DNA of 64,000 nucleotides from Macrostomum lignano. Its lineage: Eukaryota. The notes beneath the pieces are model-generated. The model did no database searches. It worked only from the letters and a program-made list of their open reading frames with translations, and was not told the DNA's origin. Below are positions 25,557 to 36,134 of this stretch, in pieces. The stretch's first letter is position 1. The number at the start of each line of letters is the position of its first letter. The position numbers were made by a program, and so were the translations under genes. The stretch covers positions 1-64,000 of the forward strand of contig NIVC01003825.1 of assembly GCA_002269645.1 (NCBI GenBank), read 5' to 3'.

Positions 25557-27781
25557 ATGACCGACGTGGAGGATGAACTCGAAGAGCAGTTGCAGAAGCA
25601 CGAAAACATTTTAGCCATGTGCTGCAGCAGACAGTCCATGTACGAGGACCCGGAGTTTCCAGCCAACGATCGAGCCATCAAGCACACCGGATCGACTGGC
25701 AGGTACGGAATAAAGTGGCTCCGACCGAAGCAAATCAATCCAAATGCAACTTTCATTAAGGACGGCTTCTCAAGAAGCGACATCTCGCAGGGCGGCCTGG
25801 GCGATTGCTGGATCCTTGCAGCGATGGCTGGCATGGCTGAGAGACCCGAGATCATCAACCGAGTCGTGCCTGAAGGCCAGTCGATAGAGGCACCCAACTA
25901 CTGTGGCGCATTTCGGTTCAGATTTCGCAAGTTCGGCAAGGAGGTCGAGATCTTGGTGGACGATCGGCTGCCCACGGAGGGCGGCAGGACGATCTACACA
26001 GAGCCGCTGAACGGTGAGTTCTGGGTCTGCCTGTTGGAGAAGGCTTTAGCAAAGTTCTACGGTTGCTACGAGGCTCTTGAGGGCGGCGTCATCTTTGAAG
26101 CGCTGGCCGACCTGACTGGTGGAGTCTGCGAGGAGATCAAGCTGAAAGACTGGAAGGAAAGTCAGCACCCGAAACTGGCCAGACACATCGAGCGCTGCCT
26201 GAACAGGAAAGGCTCCGTGATTGGCGCCTCCAGCATTCCCAGTCACAACGGTGACGATTACGAGATGGGAAACGGGCTGGTTTACAGCCACGCCTACACC
26301 ATCACTGGACTTAAAGTCATTCAGGTAGGCGATTTCATTTGATTCATTTGAATCTTGTGTTGTTTGTTGCCACCTGAAACACAAATTGGATCTGATTTGA
26401 AAGTGATCTGATCTTTACAGACAGCTAAGTTTGTAGTTTGTAGTACTTTCCCGACATTTGAACTTTAAGCGGAAAAGGTTCTGGTATAAAGCGTCAGAAA
26501 CAAATGTTAGGAGGATGTCCAACAAACAGTTTTGAACCACCGTTAATTAAGTCATTCGGAATTCGTAACACCAAGGTAAAAACCGGGTCCGCTATGGGTA
26601 AGTGGCGCGATCTCGAACTCATCCGCGTGCGCAACCCGTGGGGCTCCACCGAGTGGGGAGGCGACTGGTCGGACAACTACCGAGGCTGGAGCGAGGAGCA
26701 GAAGAGAGCGGTCCAGCTGGTCAGCCGAGACGACGGTGAGTTCTGGATGAGCTTCGTCGATTTCGCCAAATTCTTTCGAGCCGTCACCATCCTGCACTTT
26801 GGCTCGCCGGCGGAGAGCTCCTTTGGCCGCGATGGCGGTCTCGGAGGCCGCGGAGCCACCGAGTGGCGCTGTCACGAGTTCTATGGCGAGTGGAAGAAGG
26901 GAGTGAGTGCAGGCGGTCAGCCCTACTACAGGGACAGCCACTTTACTAATCCACAGTTTGTTGTCGAGCTGGTTGACTCGCCCGATGATGAGGACGACAC
27001 AGCGGCGTGTTTGGTAAGTCGGTTTTTTCGGCTGGATGTTTATATTAGTGTCAACTTTTATATATGAGCTGCGAAAAATTCTCATTCTAAATTGTAAGTC
27101 TATACTTTATCAAAGCATGGTTAATTGAATTTAACGACGCATTTAGCGTCATCTTTTCCTCGAAAATGCAGCACTGTCTTAATTTATTTTTGACCGTACA
27201 TGTAGAAGAATCGACGACTACGTAACTGCAAGAAGGAGGCAGAAGTCTCAAGTTAGGAGCTCTTGATTTCGAGAACCCGAGAAAAAAGCAAAATACAGAA
27301 GCAACCGTGACCAATGAAACATTTCCAAAATCCGAAAACAAAAGTGCATTGTGAGAGATCTGTTTGTTAGAGTTTATTGTTTGTTTGTGTCATTGATACT
27401 CGTAGATCTACTCAAAATTTCCAATCAAAAAGACGCCACAAAGCATGCTCAAAATCAGCAGCTTCAACCCCCCCCCCGCGACCGCACGCCGTTTTCCAGG
27501 TGAGCCTGGAAGAGCCGGACCAGCGCATTTTGCAGGCTGGGAGGCGGGACTACGCGGCCAAGGCGGTGTTTCTCTACAGCCTGGCGCCCGGCCAGACGCA
27601 CGTCGCAGCGTCGGCTGGCGGCAGACGGCTGGCTCCCGCGGCGGACAGCTGCCCGTTCACGCAGTCGCGAACGCATGTCTTCAGGTTCCAGATGAAGCCG
27701 GGCCGGTACGCGGTGATGCCGTGCACCTTTGAGCCGGGGGAGGAGACTGAATTCCTGCTGCGCGTGTTCACCGAGGCCTGA
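25557..27781 (+). CDS. Calpain (CysPc + C2-like domain III, no penta-EF-hand), 495 aa
   Basis: Exons 25557-26324, 26576-27013, 27500-27781, all phase 0. Intact catalytic triad: QGGLGDCW, HAY, RNPWG. Domain III motifs GEWKKGVSAGG, NPQF and PGRYAVMPCTFEPGEETEFLLRVF, followed directly by the stop codon. Confidence 0.93.
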
Positions 27782-28260
27782 GAAGCTTAGACCACGACTT
27801 TACTACTTAAAGATCGGTCTCTTACACACAAATTATAGCGTATTAATATTGTAACTCAAAGCAAAAGACCAAATCTGATTTCTTCAAAGATTTTTTAAAA
27901 CGAATTATCTGAGATTTTACGTTCTTCCGCTTGACTTTTTATTCAGTAGATTATCGTATTTTCGAGACGAGGTTTTCGAACAAATACACCGAGAATCAAA
28001 TCTGCGACGTTATTTTTAACATTATCAATAGTTTACACTTTGTCATTAACTGTTTACCATAGCAAGCTTTCAAACTTTATGCCTTTGATAGATGCTCTGG
28101 TTCGACCTAAACATTCTTCAGAAGCACGCAAAAAGTTGTAAAACTAGCTCTACATCAATTATCATAATGACATTGCAAGCAAGTGTTACGTATTTTCGAC
28201 TCAGAATTCAAGTGGAATATTAGTTCAAATTAACAACTCGTAGTTTACACTGACGCAGTG

Positions 28261-29860
28261 CTACTTGGAAACGTTTTTGAAACGGTGCCGAAAGCAGTTC
28301 GGAACGCAGGAGCTCTTGCTGCCGCTTGTGCACTCGACTCGGAGTTGGGACACAACTCTCTGCAGAATCACTGGGCGATTCTTGGCCGATAGAAAAAGCC
28401 TACAGAGCCTGTTACGAATGACAGCGTATTGCATCGACCAGTAAGTTTCGACGATCACCTTGGGAAACTTCATGTTCTCATAGAGCACGGCGATCTGCTG
28501 GGTGAGCAGAGCTACGCCGAAGTTGAGGACGAAGACTGAAACCGAATTGAACACGATAAACTGCGGCCACAGAGAGATGGAGTCGCTCACCCCAGGAAAG
28601 CTGGATAGGCTGAAAATGAAGCGAAACACCCGGCCAAAATATTCCGGAAAGCAAGCTGAAGAGTTAATCGAGCATTCGAAAAATGGGTAGCTGAGAAGCA
28701 TAGTTGACCCAACAACGAACACGGGCACAAAAATGCAAAACAGCATCTTCACTGTGAAGCTACTACAGAGTAGAAGGTTTAAAAACAGTTTAAACTTTAT
28801 GGCCAGATCTGAAATACACAGCATCTGCAAGATGTACATGTAGCAATAGTTGAACGTCACAATCATTTGAATGCGGGAAGAGTCGACAAACAGTTGTCCA
28901 TTCAGCTCATAGTAGCTATTTGGGTCTGAAGAAACTCTGGTCTAATACCACACATCCGATCTGCTGAATAACGAATAATATCGAAATCAGCTCCATCAGG
29001 CCAACTCCTCTCATGAACAAAATATAAAAAACAGTGAAACGCTCCGAAGCGATTTCGGGCGGCCTGAAGCCGGCTGCGAAAGTAAAAAAATCGTGCCAGA
29101 AATTCAGAACAGACAGCCAAGCAAGCTACAGATTTGCAACGCAATCCGAGCATAGATTACATAGCAAAAAGCAGCGACTAGCGATGGCGGAAGGAGCTGC
29201 AGGTAAAACCTGCTTGAATTTTCGGCACCATCAAGCAGCACCTGCACACGGGAGTCGAATGTATCCAGAGTAAATATTGGAACGTTCATTGTTAAGAGCA
29301 CTGCTGCATACAGAATAACGTGAAATAGAATCGAAACTAAGCAAAGAAATAATCTCTGTTTCGTTAAAGCCACGCTCCCAAAAAAGGCTTGAACCACTGG
29401 ACTGCTGAAGAAGCAGACATCTTTTCGGGATTTTCTCATTCAAGAACGTCTGAGACAACCGCATAAACTGCAAGAACGGGGACTTTAGAAATCGGTCGCC
29501 GTCGCTGGAGTAGAGGCTGAGGTCGACCTCCTCGACCAGCAGGCTCGGGTCGGTCGGGTGCTCCCGCTCTCTGATCAGGTATCCGGGCGCATTGACAAAC
29601 GCTGTCGCCAGGTGGAAGCAGTCCCTGGCCGCCGCGTACTCCAGCGGTGTCAGGCAGTCGGCCGTCAGCTCCTCGCTCAGCAGCCGAGCGCACGGGTCCG
29701 GATGCCGGCGCGACAGTCTGGCGAAGAAGCGAGCGAGCTGCGCTTCGTCAGCGGAGCAAGCCTGACTCGAGCAGCAAAAGTCCACCAGGAGGAATGCTTG
29801 AGAGACTAGCTGAGAATGTCTGGCGGCTGATTCTAGCCCACTGTCGAGGCTTGATCGGCG
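28261..29860 (-). pseudogene. Divergent TRPV-like (ankyrin + 6TM) channel sequence with several frameshifts
   Basis: TPLEYAAARDCFHL...VEEVDLSLY resembles the last TRPV ankyrin repeat and linker. FFSSPVVQAFF followed by a hydrophobic S1 is in a different frame. The S5-pore-S6-like C-terminus (FRFIFSLSSFPG...FVLNFGVALLTQQIAVLYE) is in ORF 28261-28866. Removing one A from the AAAA run (plus 29422-29425) joins the first two frames. Family assignment is from motif recall only. Confidence 0.55.
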
Positions 29861-30761
29861 AAACTAGAGAAATCCGCATCAGGGTGTCCATAGTCACCTG
29901 GTGCCACAGCTGTTGAGGGTCCAGAAGCTCCACCTGGGTGAAGGCTAGTGACCAACGAAGTCAGAACTGATGCAGACACATGTGGTCGACGTGCTGATGA
30001 AATTTGGAGACTTGGCAAGGCTGCACTGAGGCGCAGTGCTGATTGGCGCACAGGGGTGTACTGAATACACTAGCGCTTATGGGAAAAATCCGACCTTCTG
30101 GCAGAATCGTCGAATATCTCGACGGTCCGAAGGGCTGGCGACTTGATTCTTGTTTGAGAAGGTGCGCAACAAAAAGTTAGCGCGTGTTCTTGAATTTCGT
30201 GTGCCTGCGTTGCTCCGTTCTGGCGCAGCAAAAAAAATTGTCAGGGGGGGGGGAAATTTCCCCCCCCCCTTGGTAGTTCGACGGGCGGAAAAATGGCTTG
30301 GTATTCCTACTGTTAATCTGCTTGTCTTGGAGAGTTCAAAGGGTTCGACGAAGCCCCTTTGACTAATCAAGTAGACGGCTTCTAAAAGAAACAGAAGCTG
30401 ATTTTTTTATATTTTTTCCGCCACTTTCTTTTGCCATCTCAGTCAGTCCTGTCTCCTCTTCATGTTGCAGATGCCAGGTGCCAGGTGTTGGGTGGCTGCG
30501 TTGCGAGCACCCAACCCAGCCAACAAGTTGTCGCCTTTCACCCGAGGCCACGCGGAGGCTTTGTCCGGAGCTGCCTACCTGCTGCTCTTGAGCAAGAGCT
30601 CCGGCAAGCGTGGGTCTCTGCTGCAATTTAATGTATTTCACCGCTCCTATAGACTTAAATTGTTTTGCTTTGACTCTTGCGCGCGTTAGTCTGCAGGAGT
30701 AGAACGTGTTAGACACATGGGCTGGGAGCTCAGGAGGAGCGGGTGCTCATACGGGAGCGAC

Positions 30762-31290
30762 ATGAACCTCTGCGCCATGGGTCGATTCCGTTATTTTAGC
30801 GTGCAGACCAGAGCCGTCTGCTTCTGCGGCTCCAGCTACGGCCGGCACCGGAGCGCTGGTGAGAGCGAGTGCAGCGAATTGTGCAATGGAAATCATTCGC
30901 AAGTCTGCGGCGGCTGAAGTCGCAACTCCGTATACGAGAATTTCTATCAACCCGGTAAGGTTTAGGCCACTTGCAGTTCAGTGCAGCACCAAGCAAAAGT
31001 AGTGGTGGGGGGCCGTAGCCCAGCGGTAGCGCAGCTGCTCTGGTGTGCCAGAGACCCAGGCTCGATTCCAAGTGCAGTCACATTAATGCAGAGCCCGAGG
31101 CTCATGTCGGATGGCCCGTAAACCCACCCGCTTTCCACACTGAAGACAGCGTAGGGTCTCACATTTCTGACACCAGCCAGACCCGTCAAATCTCTGTTGC
31201 CGTCATTGCCATCAACAAAGCAGCCGATGTGCTGGACGCTTCAGGCCAGGCGATGGCGAGTAGAAGGCAGAGCAGCTGCTGAGGTCGCAT
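30762..31290. pseudogene. WSC-domain pseudogene, paralog of 33356-34101, split by an internal inversion
   Basis: Minus strand 31290-31086 encodes a signal peptide (MRPQQLLCLLLAIAWPEAS), then after a frameshift HIGCFVDGNDGNRDLTGLAG...DMSLGLC. Plus strand 30762-30954 encodes MNLCAMGRFRYFSVQ...CFCGSSYG...SECSELCNGNHSQVCGG*SRNSVYENFYQP, then a GT donor. In-frame TGA at 30915-30917. Confidence 0.85.
31010..31087 (+). mobile_element. tRNA-derived SINE head (same family as 6567)
   Basis: GGGCCGTAGCCCAGCGGTAGCGC...CCCAGGCTCGATTCCAAGTGCAGTCACATTAAT is near-identical to the 6567-6485 copy over its 3' half. Confidence 0.7.
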
Positions 31291-31799
31291 GCTTAATTGC
31301 AGTTGCAGCAGGGAGCCGGCAACGGAAGGGACATGTTCTACTCTCGTGAGCAGCAGTCTAGCCTTTTAAAAGAGTTTCCAGCCTCCATCAGCTAGGATTG
31401 GGAGTCGAAGTGTTAAAGAGAGTTAGGAAGTCTTGCTTTTGTTAATTGTTTCTGCTCAAGTGTATACCTCTGTAATAAGTCCTTCTAATATCAAGTATGT
31501 GCTTGAGAAGGTTCCTTGTTTGCTTAATAGAATGTCTTCAGAACTCACAATGCCTGCCACGTAAATGTAACTTCTTTACTTTGTCTTTTGAGCTGCAATT
31601 GGCACTGAAGCGCCGCACTTTTAAGTACTTTTAAGTACAGCACTTTTAAGTATAGTTTTAAAGTAGCTATCTTATACATTTAGCCTTTTGGAACGATTAC
31701 ATGCAGACGTTGGAAAGGAAGCAATTATTAGTTTATTACACCCTGTTGCTTTAAGTGTGCTCAATATGCGCCAACGAGGCTCATCTGTCTAATCTGACA

Positions 31800-32510
31800 C
31801 GATGAAAAAGTGCCAGGGCTGCTGTATGCCTGTGGTAAGAGCGTGTCTGCATGCGTACCCGCATTCTTAGGCATGCATGACAATGAAAGTGCCAGGGCTG
31901 CTGGATGCCTGTGGTAAGAGCGTGTCTGCATGCGTGCCCGCGTGCTTAGGCATGCATGACAATGAAAGTGCCAGGGCTGCTGGATGCCTGTGGTAAGAGC
32001 GTGTCTGCATGCGTGCCCGCGTGCTTAGGCATGCATGACAATGAAAGTGCCAGGGCTGCTGGATGCCTGTGGTAAGAGCGTGTCTGCATGCGTACCCGCA
32101 TTCTTAGGCATGCATGACAATGAAAGTGCCAGGGCTGCTGTATGCCTGTGGTAAGAGCGTGTCTGCATGCGTACCCGCATTCTTAGGCATGCATGACAAT
32201 GAAAGTGCCAGGGCTGCTGGATGCCTGTGGTAAGAGCGTGTCTGCATGCGTGCCCGCGTGCTTAGGCATGCATGACAATGAAAGTGCCAGGGCTGCTGGA
32301 TGCCTGTGGTAAGAGCGTGTCTGCATGCGTACCCGCGTGCTTAGGCATGCATGACAATGAAAGTGCCAGGGCTGCTGTATGCCTGTGGTAAGAGCGTGTC
32401 TGCATGCGTACCCGCGTTCTTAGGCATGCATGACAATGAAAGTGCCAGGGCTGCTGGATGCCTGTGGTAAGAGCGTGTCTGCATGCGTGCCCGCGTTCTT
32501 AGGCATGCTC
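31800..32510. repeat. 79-bp tandem repeat (about 9 copies), intergenic
   Basis: ATGAAAGTGCCAGGG recurs at 31883, 31962, 32041 and onward. Confidence 0.97.
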
Positions 32511-33355
32511 TCATGTAGTCCATGAGAAGTTCCTGCTCATGCAGCAAGGCCTAGAGCACAAGCATATGCAGCCTCATCAACGTATTTGCCAGCAGAAGTC
32601 TAACAAAGCGCATTGTTTGAAGCTTCTTCTTGGCTCAGTTTAATTCTCCCCTAAGACGCAGACATTCATTCTGCTCTTTCAAGCACTCCGTCGTGTCTTC
32701 TTGACTTCTGCATTGTCTGCTCGCTTTTCACTGACGGCATAAGTGGGCGTTGTTTCAGCCGCTCTCCAGACTCATCGCATCTGCTTGAGTCGTATCGAAA
32801 AGCAAGGCTACTCAAACAGAAGGACTCTTAGGCAGACCTGAGGCATTCTGGGTGCTTTCTGTAAGAGCACAATCGGTTTCCTTAGCAGCTGACTGAGACA
32901 GTGTCTAACTTTTTGTGAGACTATACTAAGACTAGTAAGGAAGGGAAAGTATACTATTCTTGTATCAGAAGTTTAACCAGCATTAGCATATCTGTAGCTC
33001 AGCGAAAATAGCCCTAGAATGCTGAGCCTGACCCTGTCGAGGTACATCAAAGGCTGACTGGCGACATGCTTTTGCGACAGTCCCTGGTGGGACACAACCC
33101 GTGTCAAGTTTCAGTACAGCAACTGACTCTAGACAAAGCCGTGGCGACATCTGATTAGATTTGCATGCCGCAAACCGCGCGGCTATCAATTTAGAATCTC
33201 GTTTGGCATACATTTCAATCACTGGGATATTCTGCTGAATCAAAGCGTCTTACTCTCGGGTTGGAAAACAAATTTTCTGTTTTTCAAATTGTTATTTTTC
33301 GTCTGCAATTTTCGACGTGTCTTCTACAGCATTCAACTTGAATTCTCGGTGCCGA

Positions 33356-34101
33356 TCACAGCTTCACCCAGACCCACTGGGTCTCATTGGCGACCTCGCT
33401 GGGCACAGCGGCGAATCTCATGAGGCGGCACATCCGGCTGGACTGCACGAAGGCGCAGGCGAGGCAGTCCGGGCTGCGGTGGCAGGCGGCGAAGCACTCG
33501 AACTTCAGAGCGGCCTCCTGGCTCAAGTAGGCGCCAACGGTGCCGGAGTCGGCGACAAGAATTGATGAGTTGGAGGCCATCGGCTTGTAGACTCCGCGGG
33601 CTGAAATTTTGCATGAATTCCTTCGAGTTCATTTCAAAATTAAATTGTGTTGAAAACACATAGTTGTTTATTTTTGAAAGTCTTACGCGGGTTGTATATG
33701 TTCTCGAACACGGAATTAATATTCTGTCCACCGCACACTTGCGAGGCGTTGCCACCGCAGACTTGGGAGCATTCAGATTCCGGAGCGCTCCCATGCAGTC
33801 CGTAGGAGGAGCCGCAGAAGCAGAAATTCCTGGCCTGCGCTCCAAAGTAGTGGAATCTGCCCATAGCGCAGATGCGGCTGCAGAGCTCGAGGGTCATGGA
33901 TGGATCGTAGACAAATCCGTCCGAAGCGTGGACATTAAATGGTCCAATATTGGAGTATCCCATCAGGCCCTTCAAATCTCTGTTGTCGGAAGTGTCAGTG
34001 AAGCAGCCGACGTACTTGAGGTGGCTGACAGACGGCGGCTGGCCTGACACTTCAGCCCAGGAAATTGCCAGCATCAGGGCCAGCAGTTTTGGAGCCCGCA
34101 T
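33356..34101 (-). CDS. Secreted WSC-domain protein with C-terminal PAN/apple-like Cys domain (219 aa)
   Basis: Exons 34101-33687 and 33600-33356. Signal peptide MRAPKLLALMLAISWAEVSG; WSC motifs YVGCFTD, MTLELCSRIC, CFCG, CSQVCGGNASQVCGG...NSVF. Exon 2 has ECFAACHRSPDCLACAF...CRLM. Confidence 0.88.
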
Positions 34102-35789
34102 GCCGAGCTGTCTCGTTTGAATTTCTAGGAATCGTCAGCACTTTTCTCTGGCTATATACCGTCGGTGAACTGCATATCTGGCCTTGCTGAAGATGGCGCC
34201 TAACTCTCTTTAAAACCTCTTAAATCCTAAAGCACTCATTGTCTGCTTGGGAAGTTGAGCACAGCAATTTTTGCTGCTTCTTTGCTACCCCCATCTCACT
34301 GAGAGATGCGGTGCATGCCTGAGCAGCGTCCCGATAGTCAAGTTGCGCAGTGAGCAGAGTGGAAAACTTATTATGCTGGCTCAGTGAGTAAAATGCTACA
34401 ATGTAAAGGCAGGCCCTCAGAGGATCTCACATCTTCAGGTGGGGCTGAAAGAGTAGTCAGAGAAAAGAAAGCAGAGCGAAGCATAAAGGGAGTTCATAAA
34501 GGGATAAGGATGTAACGGCAGACGCACCATGTTGAAAATTTCAACAGAAAAACTTTGTGGAAAGTAAACGGTAATAGCCAGTGAGTTTCCATGGCAACGT
34601 TAAATTTTAATTTTGGTCTAAAAATATTCATTTATTAATAGGAAGACGCAGAATGACCTGGCCTCAGCAATTGCAGCACTGACACTACAAGAGTCTTAAA
34701 TATATTTAAAAAGCCCCATTTTTCGTTTGTCGAAAAACAGTTTTTCGTCAGTTGCACGTCAAAGGAAAGATTAAGAGCTTGCATGTAGATACCGATCAAA
34801 GCAACTGAAAGGGCACGCAAATGCAGCACCTGAGGCTACTTGATGATGCAAAGCCTTAAGTAACCTAACTACTGACATTTCCGGCACCCAAACTACTAAC
34901 AGTAGCGTAAAAGCGTATTGCATTGCGCATTAAACTGTGCTTAAAACGCATGCTGCATGTATTTTGTTTAAATGCGAAATCATTTGCAGTTTGCAAAGCA
35001 AAAATAGGCTACAAAAAAATCACTAAATTATGGTGCCCACTCTATCAAGGTGTGCTAATTAAAATAAGCGCACCTGATCCTCGCTCGTGAAAGGGCAGCA
35101 ACTTCCGTTCCTGATAGCATCCTTGCGGCCTCTGAATCCTGCCTGAGCCCCTGCTGCAGCTGGCACTGAGGATTGGGATGGAGCTTAGCGCTCTGAGCTA
35201 AGCCAGAAACGGTTGCAGCTGTGCGTGACTCAATAGGATTAAGAGAAGCAGTGGAGTACCTGAGACATTTTTGTGTGTTTCACCAGTTTTTAATCAGTTT
35301 GCTTTAAACAATTGCTGCCACAGCTTCGCCACAGAACATGTATGGATTGTACGATCTCCAATGCGACTCTGAGATCTGGAGACGGGACTCCTGACCTTTG
35401 AGACGGGACTCTTGACAATTAAGACGCAACGAATTTGGGTCAGGACACCTGAGAAGTGAAATTTCAAGATATTGATATTCAAGACAGACATCCGAAATTT
35501 ACGATGAGACACGAGGCATCTAAAACTGCACAGTTGAAAGCATGCACCGCTGGATTGAGAAGTGCATGCAGACACAAGAGCTACCAGCATACTTTATGGT
35601 TTTTATCCATTTACCTTTGTTTGAAAGCAATTAGAGCTATCGATTCAGTGAGTTTCATGGAATTTTTTTGAATGAAACTGGCCATCAGAAGAATGGCGCT
35701 CATTATTTGTTAGTCAAGTTGGCATGGGGGCATTGGGGAGGGGGGCTGCCCCCCTCAATCAATGCGACAGCCATCTCGCAGCCAGGCGC

Positions 35790-35960
35790 CATTCCGCTGA
35801 GTCCTGAGCACACACTCGGATGTGTACGCAGGCGCTCACACAGGGTGTACATGCAGCGGCCCCTGACTTTCCCGTGTACAACTCTCATGGGTGGGAATCG
35901 CCCAATACCCGGGCCAGTTTTCGTGCAACAGCCCCAGATTAATGCGGCCGTGGAACTCGA
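35790..35960 (-). mobile_element. 3' module of the same SINE family; no head recognised
   Basis: Plus-strand CTCACACAGGGTGTACATGCAGCGGCCCCTGACTTT aligns with CTCACACAGGAGTGTACAGCGGCCCTAACTT at ~6348-6378. CCCCAGATTAATG matches CCCCAAATTAATG at ~6479-6491. Confidence 0.55.
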
Positions 35961-36134
35961 GAGCTTCTCTCTCTGCCCCAATTTAAGCCACTCATACGCA
36001 GATGGCAGGGCGCTCGAGTCCCATTGGCCGGACTGCTTGAGACATTCGAGGCCTCATTAAACGGCTCTCAACGCTATTTTAGCAGCGGTTGCTAGGGCAG
36101 GGGCTAAGCTCAACCAAAGTGGCTCTGCTCAAGC

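Noticed and set aside
30915-30917. In-frame TGA in the WSC fragment as selenocysteine or readthrough
   Set aside because: It does not align to a Cys in the paralog, no SECIS was recognised, and the locus has other disabling lesions.
31330-31620. Minus-strand PILADGG resembling an IMPDH/GMPR motif
   Set aside because: A short match amid stop codons, directly upstream of the WSC pseudogene start; likely chance.
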